This document shows, one piece after another, positions 61,801 through 64,000 of a stretch of DNA of 64,000 nucleotides (the stretch's first letter is position 1; each line of letters opens with the position of its first letter). Below the pieces are notes generated by a model. It was not told the DNA's origin and searched no databases. It was given only the letters and a program-made list of their open reading frames with translations. Both the position numbers and the translations under genes were made by a program. The stretch comes from Mobula hypostoma (taxonomy: Eukaryota): assembly GCF_963921235.1 (NCBI RefSeq), contig NC_086097.1, positions 162,938,001-163,002,000 of the forward strand, written 5' to 3'.

Positions 61801-62254
61801 CTTTTCATCTTCTCAACATTTAACAAATACTCTGATTTTCTATTGCTTTTACACATTTTTCTTTATTATTTGATATATATGCAAGTGAAGCATTTTTGTC
61901 TTAACTACAGTGGCTAATAATGCCTTTTCTACTGAATTTCATGCATAAATGGCCATCATCCCTTGTCTAAAAATGTCCCTAAAATTGTCAAGCAATTTAT
62001 TTTTCATTTTGTTAATAAGATTTTGTTGATCTTTTTTTCACAACTTCTTAGGTGTATAATCTCTGAATATCCTATTTCGAACTGGAGGGTTAGAAACAGA
62101 ACCATCCCATTACCTTATTACCCATGTAGGATTCTGGAGCTGTCCAGTGGTACAGAATTGGCTGGAGGTTTCTTGTTTCAGTATTGTTGATGAGAAGTTG
62201 CAGGCGGCCTATGTCATGAGGTTTACTCTCTTGCCATCCAGTAACATCCATGAT
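745..62254 (-). CDS. LAMA1: Laminin subunit alpha-1, internal part of a multi-exon gene (16 exons in window; both gene ends outside the window)
   Basis: Spliced translation gives L4a (LTAFGGYLNF...DRDRLMTVLANVT), 8-Cys LE repeats and L4b (LLAYGGKLRY...FMSVLSNIEYLLVKASYG). Motifs such as LTAFGG, YRVDGILFGGICQ and EPQIILKGG match LAMA1 as I recall it better than LAMA2. All introns are GT-AG with compatible phases. Confidence 0.93.
1265..1475 (+). mobile_element. DeuSINE-like fragment
   Basis: catctgtcctctgaggtgga...tggcca...gctgttggtgagagtttgccacgtgcaaattagctg resembles the Deu-domain consensus as I recall it; related pieces at about 4080-4160 and flanking the Gypsy element. Confidence 0.5.
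1858..2258 (+). mobile_element. CR1 3' end
   Basis: FFTQRVVNLWNSLP motif; TCTTATGGTCTTAT tail. Confidence 0.9.
3475..4075 (-). mobile_element. Rex1/Babar-like LINE 3' end
   Basis: KAASVIKDPGHSHFLLPTGRRHKSMKART resembles the Rex1/Babar C-terminal motif; short tandem tail near 3475. Confidence 0.65.
5376..5449. mobile_element. 74-bp PLE-derived fold-back micro-insertion
   Basis: 14-bp TSD AGCAAAATACCACA (5362-5375, 5450-5463); 15-bp perfect inverted arms 5413-5427 and 5435-5449; same family as 56047-56288. Confidence 0.85.
5790..5942 (-). mobile_element. tRNA-derived V-SINE-like element
   Basis: Minus strand B-box-like GGTTCAGTCC followed by TGTGTGGAATTTGCATG...CCCAAAGA; related copies near 1015-1200 (+), 7720-7855 (-), 55150-55225 (-). 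Confidence 0.65.
6240..6345 (+). mobile_element. PLE terminal-repeat fragment with degenerate hammerhead
   Basis: AGTC-CTGATGA-AGGGTGTTGGCCT-GAAAC-TTT-GACTG followed by the family's gctgcctgacc...ccagcattttgtg segment. Confidence 0.7.
8820..9005 (-). CDS. LAMA1: LAMA1 exon (about 26), 186 nt
   Basis: ctgcag|CTA...GAG|gtaaat; LLAYGGKLRYAFAYY...EPQIILKGG...HDIDLTE. Confidence 0.94.
10565..10744 (-). CDS. LAMA1: LAMA1 exon (about 25), start of L4b, 180 nt
   Basis: gtacag|CTG...AAG|gtgag; LTLMPQQVILHVVSQGNLTGTTEGIF...EPYYWALPTQFTGDK. Confidence 0.94.
10788..10886. repeat. Compound microsatellite (TG)n(TA)n(GA)n
   Basis: Directly visible. Confidence 0.95.
11175..11222. repeat. Compound microsatellite (TA)n(GA)n
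   Basis: Directly visible. Confidence 0.9.
11570..11900 (+). mobile_element. Rex1/Babar-like LINE 3' end, tail about 20 nt from a LAMA1 donor site
   Basis: ASIIKDLTHP motif; AATAAACCAATACCAATAC tail; similar copies near 55865-56035, 60510-60760 and 63670-63925. Confidence 0.6.
11921..12064 (-). CDS. LAMA1: LAMA1 exon (about 24), 144 nt
   Basis: tttcag|GAA...CCT|gtaag; EGVSGVRCNECKAGSFALSLHNPEGCSPCYCSGVSISCSELQGLVRVP. Confidence 0.94.
13290..13526 (-). CDS. LAMA1: LAMA1 exon (about 23), 237 nt
   Basis: ttttag|CCC...AAG|gtacat; PCNCSVIGS...CAFGYRDYPQCIACKCDPRGT...CEEHTGVCPCK. Confidence 0.95.
13829..14002. repeat. 87-bp tandem duplication (2 copies)
   Basis: CAATTCTGTGTAG...GAGCAGCAGACT at 13829-13915 and 13916-14002, about 90% identical. 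Confidence 0.9.
14752..14887 (-). mobile_element. PLE terminal-repeat fragment with mutated hammerhead core
   Basis: Nearly identical to 56050-56182; minus strand AGUC-CUGGCGA-...-GAAACGUC-GACUG (one core substitution). Confidence 0.8.
15182..15318 (-). CDS. LAMA1: LAMA1 exon (about 22), 137 nt
   Basis: atgcag|CT...AAG|gtatag; CDCAHTQNNCAEETGQCICPPHTQGEKCDRCEANYWGHDPGTGCK. Confidence 0.94.
17075..17255 (-). CDS. LAMA1: LAMA1 exon (about 21), 181 nt
   Basis: taacag|CAT...C|gtgag; HGYFGLSTGLGCSPCNCSRLGSISEDCGDDGQCHCVPGVSGEKCDHCAHGFYGFQDGGCS. Confidence 0.95.
18485..19933 (+). mobile_element. CR1 LINE 3' half (RT plus 3' UTR), decayed
   Basis: Collinear with 53420-54650; TCTTATGG tail; interrupted at about 19654-19862. 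Confidence 0.9.
19654..19862 (+). mobile_element. Short 3' fragment of a second CR1-type subfamily with (TTTCTATG)n tail, nested in a CR1
   Basis: Splits host GCC-ATGATGGAATGG; its 3' part is very similar to 45908-46067. Confidence 0.8.
20245..20490 (-). mobile_element. CR1 3' fragment, reverse orientation
   Basis: Reverse complement of CR1 ORF2 end and 3' UTR (gtgccctctggtcctagactctccc; ggagcagaatcaggccatt). Confidence 0.75.
21278..22909 (+). mobile_element. Tigger/pogo-like (Tc1/mariner superfamily) DNA transposon, internally deleted, nested in a CR1
   Basis: TA TSD (21276-21277, 22910-22911); imperfect TIRs CAGGTGTCCCCTGCTTTTCGAA vs CAGGTTTCCCCCGCCATCCGAA (17/22); ATG at 21519 gives MSSKASEKPKRPRKGVTLSVKLDIIK (CENP-B-type HTH start) followed directly by an acidic Tigger-like C-terminus (21632-22033); CR1 sequence rejoins across it. 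Confidence 0.9.
22120..22351. repeat. Long inverted repeat (108-bp arms, 16-nt loop) inside the Tigger-like element
   Basis: Arms 22120-22227 and 22244-22351, 8 mismatches, no indels. Confidence 0.95.
24826..24932 (-). CDS. LAMA1: LAMA1 exon (about 20), 107 nt
   Basis: tttcag|CT...ACG|gtgcgt; CDCNMNGSYSEVCDFTSGRCQCKSNVLGQKCDKCT. Confidence 0.92.
25000..25240 (+). mobile_element. PLE pyrimidine-rich 3' repeat fragment
   Basis: C/T-rich segment running into cagtcttg-gcctgaatctttgactg, i.e. the same terminal repeat with the hammerhead core deleted. Confidence 0.55.
28010..28221 (+). mobile_element. Short unclassified non-LTR 3'-UTR-like insertion inside the CR1
   Basis: Interrupts CR1 ORF2; flanked by AGATTCAAAG (28000-28009, 28222-28231); AATAAA near the end. 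Confidence 0.55.
28356..28918 (+). mobile_element. Unclassified repeat inserted into CR1 RT, with loss of host sequence
   Basis: Non-CR1 sequence between the NYRP-like and SGVPQGS-like segments; about 330 bp present in the 52-54 kb copy are missing here. Confidence 0.55.
29974..30170. mobile_element. Older palindromic PLE-derived element
   Basis: GAGATTCTGCAGATGCTGGAAAT...GAGCAACAC inverted against GTGTTGCTC...ATTTCCAGCATCTGCAGAATCTC. Confidence 0.75.
31787..31847. repeat. Imperfect (GA)n microsatellite
   Basis: Directly visible. Confidence 0.9.
34036..34247 (-). CDS. LAMA1: LAMA1 exon (about 19), 212 nt
   Basis: gcatag|G...T|gtaag; CADGYYGNPTTPGLSCEPCDCNNNIDRSDPGNCDPLTGECLRCIRNTAGTQCERCADGYYGDAVIAKNCS. 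Confidence 0.95.
36583..36669 (-). CDS. LAMA1: LAMA1 exon (about 18), 87 nt
   Basis: cttcag|T...AG|gtagg; FSPTCYLNKTEEFICDQCQPAYTGSRCD. Confidence 0.93.
37090..38222 (+). mobile_element. CR1 LINE 3' half, decayed
   Basis: ORF 37515-37847 (RDLEVLVQDSL...LVRSHLE) matches the CR1 ORF2 C-terminus; 3' UTR present. Confidence 0.9.
38804..39032 (-). repeat. 3' LTR of Gypsy element
   Basis: 221/229 identical to 43026-43254; preceded on minus strand by the PPT. Confidence 0.95.
39033..39050 (-). promoter_or_regulatory. Polypurine tract of Gypsy element
   Basis: Minus strand AAAAAAAGGAAAGGTGAA immediately before the TG of the 3' LTR. Confidence 0.85.
39105..42999 (-). pseudogene. Disrupted single-frame gag-pol polyprotein
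   Basis: Gag with two CX2CX4HX4C knuckles; protease LFDTGS; RT IDLKSAYHQ...PFG...YLDN; RNase H VESDAS...EKEA...TDQ; integrase HHCC plus VDF/SDRG/VEKEN. Lesions: GTG at the expected start, TGA at 42259-42261 and 40091-40093, 1-nt deletions near 41265 and 39780. Confidence 0.92.
43026..43254 (-). repeat. 5' LTR of Gypsy element
   Basis: Minus strand TGTGG...TTCA; TATAAAA at 43161-43155, initiator-like TCAGTCC near 43130, AATAAA at 43086-43081. Confidence 0.95.
43575..43702 (-). CDS. LAMA1: LAMA1 exon (about 17), 128 nt
   Basis: ttccag|GGC...AA|gtaag; GCRHNTTGPACDQCFPGLYGDPSRGTVEDCKPCACPLTIPSN. Confidence 0.94.
44735..44845 (-). CDS. LAMA1: LAMA1 exon (about 16), 111 nt
   Basis: caacag|TCC...TTG|gtgag; SCITGFYRVDGILFGGICQQCECNGHATECDINGTCL. 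Confidence 0.95.
45068..46127 (-). mobile_element. CR1 RT fragment, reverse orientation, with nested composite insertion at about 45805-46067
   Basis: ORF 45368-45655 (QHGF...SCLANL...YLDFEKA); host sequence rejoins around the insertion. Confidence 0.88.
46600..48338 (+). mobile_element. Penelope-like element (PLE) reverse transcriptase remnant, ending at a CR1
   Basis: Decayed PLE motifs: TIKPADK, YLAEARRQL, GTH-GPTYA, YTDD, NFHPALKFT, FLDLSV, IFYK, YLDYTS-HP; GIY-YIG part absent; left boundary approximate. Confidence 0.85.
48339..49888 (+). mobile_element. CR1 LINE, 5'-truncated and internally deleted
   Basis: EN end (EPTRGSAILDWVLCNEPE) joined near 48620 to the RT start, skipping about 0.8 kb relative to the 52-54 kb copy; 3' UTR present. 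Confidence 0.9.
50813..50924 (-). CDS. LAMA1: LAMA1 exon (about 15), 112 nt
   Basis: tttcag|G...GAG|gtaac; LSSVTLDVANPNAIDVLPAVDVEHCECPLGYTGISCE. Confidence 0.94.
52084..54658 (+). mobile_element. CR1 LINE, 5'-truncated; best preserved ORF2 in the window
   Basis: APE endonuclease C-half (YRPP, MGDF, LDWV, SDH), TAG at 52582-52584, then RT (KSPGPD, NYRPISLT, KAFD, GVPQGS, FADD); short in-frame deletion near 53430; frameshift near 54165; CR1 3' UTR ending TCTTGTGATCTTGT. Confidence 0.95.
56146..56183 (-). ncRNA. Putative minimal type I hammerhead ribozyme (mirror copy, sense to LAMA1)
   Basis: GAGUC-CUGACGA-AGA(gucucgg)CCU-GAAA-C-GUC-GACUG; one stem II mismatch. Confidence 0.6.
56190..56227 (+). 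ncRNA. Putative minimal type I hammerhead ribozyme
   Basis: GGGUC-CUGACGA-AGG(gucucgg)CCU-GAAA-C-GUC-GACUG: complete core, stem II, GUC site, stem I GGUC/GACU; stem III reduced to palindromic ACGU. Confidence 0.7.
56451..57214 (+). mobile_element. L1-clade LINE 3' fragment
   Basis: 16-bp TSD AGAATTTAAATGTCAG (56435-56450, 57215-57230); ORF2 C-terminal C...THVYWSC and ARRAILLEWK...PPT...W...LEK motifs; T-rich 3' UTR, AATAAA and A-rich tail. Confidence 0.88.
58117..58328 (-). CDS. LAMA1: LAMA1 exon (about 14), 212 nt
   Basis: actcag|GGC...AG|gtgagc; GNGRALST...DRDRLMTVLANVTQLQIWAKYNSAREAQYR. Confidence 0.94.
59020..59375 (-). mobile_element. Very decayed APE endonuclease fragment of a CR1/L2-type LINE
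   Basis: LSRRLLKQQPDATVLTECHL...FPG...DRPT resembles the N-terminal PD-x-x-LTE and DR blocks of LINE endonucleases. Confidence 0.5.
59912..60001 (+). mobile_element. Isolated left end of the same Tigger-like family
   Basis: TA|CAGGTGGCCCCCG...GTTACGAAAGACCTACATTAGTT...GCTAAC closely matches 21278-21367. Confidence 0.85.
60149..60250 (-). CDS. LAMA1: LAMA1 exon (about 13), 102 nt
   Basis: ttccag|CTT...CGG|gtaagg; LTAFGGYLNFTLVNDFPVEGVSSQLTSNIGVIIR. Confidence 0.93.
62114..62254 (-). CDS. LAMA1: LAMA1 exon (about exon 12), start of L4a domain, 141 nt
   Basis: ttcaaag|ATC...AAG|gtaatg; IMDVTGWQESKPHDIGRLQLLINNTETRNLQPILYHWTAPESYMGNK; not in ORF track, read manually. Confidence 0.85.
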
Positions 62255-64000
62255 CTTTGAAATAACAGTATTCTATTAATTTTAGATATCTACATGGTAT
62301 TTCTTTAATCAGTAGCATTCATCAATGGGTCAACAATTCCAGTGCATACAAAAGACATAGCAAATGATAATCATTAATGAATTAGAAGGATGGTCTTTAT
62401 TTGCAGAAAATTAGTAAATAAATACCTTACTAATTTGTTACTCATTAGAATAAATCAACTTCTATGTGCTTGAAAGGACAAGTGCTTAGAATGTTAGCAG
62501 CTTGATTCATACAGCTTTTTTGTACTGATTTGAAGCTGGAATTAAATCAATTTATTTTTACATGCTGTGCCAATTTTTAAACTACCTATTGGAGCAGAAA
62601 TTATAATTAATGGTTCTCTGCGCTCTGCTTCTTGGGATGGTTGATTATATTAAAAAAAAACATTTGTCTGCCAGGACACATATTTTCATCAACTTTGAAA
62701 AGAATTTTTGAGTATAGAAAGACAATTCTCCAGAAAACAAGGTGAATTTAGAGAAGTTGGTTGTGGTCAGTGGACCAATGTGGGAGAAACTGGTTGGAAG
62801 ACACCTGTTGCAAAATACAAACAGAGCCTTGTGGAATGTTGGGCTGAATTGCTGGAAACAGGCAAGGAAATTCTGCAGGCCCAAGGCAAGCAAGTGTTCT
62901 CAATAAAGACCCTCATAAAATCTGGAAACTTCTGCTGCTGTATTCACATTTTCAGGGATCATCTCTGCACTCATGATCACCATCTCCCTACCCACTGTAC
63001 CCCATCAAATAAACTCTGCTTCTATCGACTGCTTAATTCCTTAATCTTTTTTCTCCTCACTTCTGATATCCAGTGAGCTGCAGTGGATGTCTGCTTGATG
63101 CATTCAGTTCACTCTAGCACAAATTCTGCTGACAGTACATTCCACCTTCAAACAGCGGTCTATTTTCTCAGGCAATAACTGCACCAAAAGCTCAATATTA
63201 GATCATGACTGACTGTCTTGAAATTGAGAAATCAATATGGAAGGGGGTCAAAGATCAGAGAACTAAACACCACAAAGCATGCAAGATCTAAATCAGTTAT
63301 CTTCTTTAGATGTTACCAAAGAGAAATTTAAATATCAGCAGATTAGCAACATAGCAAACAGTAATAGGAGCAGGCCAGATGCTCCCTCAGCCTGTTTCCC
63401 CATTCAAAAGAATCATGACAGATCTAATCTTGGCTTCAACACTAATACTCTGCTCTCTCTACCTATAACCCTTTACCCTCTTGACTTTCAGAGTAATGGT
63501 AGGTGGCTGAGGAGTGTTCTAGTACAGAGAGACTCAGGAGTACAAGTATATAGTTTCTTAAAAGTGGTAATCACAGGTAGACAGAGTGATGCAGACCACA
63601 TTTGGTATACTAGCCATCATCAACCAAGACATTTGAGTATAGGACTTAGGATGTTACGTTGCAAATATTGCCACCAGGGAGGAGATACAGGAGCATGAAG
63701 ATGCACTCTCAATATTTTAGGAACAGCTTCTTCCCCTCTGCCATCAGATTTCCGAACAGCCCATGAACTCATGAACACTACCCCACAATTATTCTCTAAA
63801 CTTTTTACTTATTTTTAAAATTGTAACGTATGGTATTTTTTCCCATCTTGTAATATACTACTGTCACATAGACAACAATATTTTTGAAATAAGCCCGTTA
63901 TAATAAACCTGATTTTGATTCTGAAAGTAATGCATTTTCTAGTGAACGCAGTAGGTTTCAAGGGAAATAGAACCACGTGTTCTATCACTACCTCAGTATG

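Noticed and set aside
745..62254. Assignment to LAMA2 or another laminin chain
   Set aside because: Diagnostic L4a/L4b residues and exon lengths fit LAMA1 better as recalled; a reciprocal BLAST would settle it.
1..64000. Most short ORFs in the six-frame track as independent genes
   Set aside because: They are alternative frames of LAMA1 exons, transposon fragments or chance ORFs in AT-rich intron; none has independent support.
62300..64000. A further upstream LAMA1 exon (and a further downstream exon in 1-744)
   Set aside because: No Cys-patterned frame with suitable splice sites found; these exons probably lie outside the window.

Overview
Eukaryotic (vertebrate) genomic DNA. The repeat content (CR1, Penelope-like, V-SINE and DeuSINE-type elements) suggests a cartilaginous fish; this is inference. 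The whole window lies inside one large minus-strand gene, laminin subunit alpha-1 (LAMA1). I could trace 16 consecutive GT-AG exons from 62254 down to 745 (2405 coding nt, phases all compatible). They encode the L4a domain, the following LE/EGF repeats and most of L4b, and correspond roughly to human exons 12-27 (numbering from memory). The introns are packed with mobile DNA: many CR1 LINEs, a complete but decayed 4451-bp Ty3/Gypsy element, a Tigger/pogo deletion derivative, a Penelope-like RT fragment, an L1 3' fragment, Rex1/Babar tails and SINEs. Two observations stand out. (1) The Gypsy element has no tRNA-type primer-binding site; the sequence at that position is complementary to its own LTR, across the AATAAA signal. 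(2) Small Penelope-derived fold-back insertions with target-site duplications (TSDs) recur, and the larger one carries minimal hammerhead ribozyme cores on both strands. No prokaryotic features, CRISPR arrays, rRNA or tRNA genes were seen.
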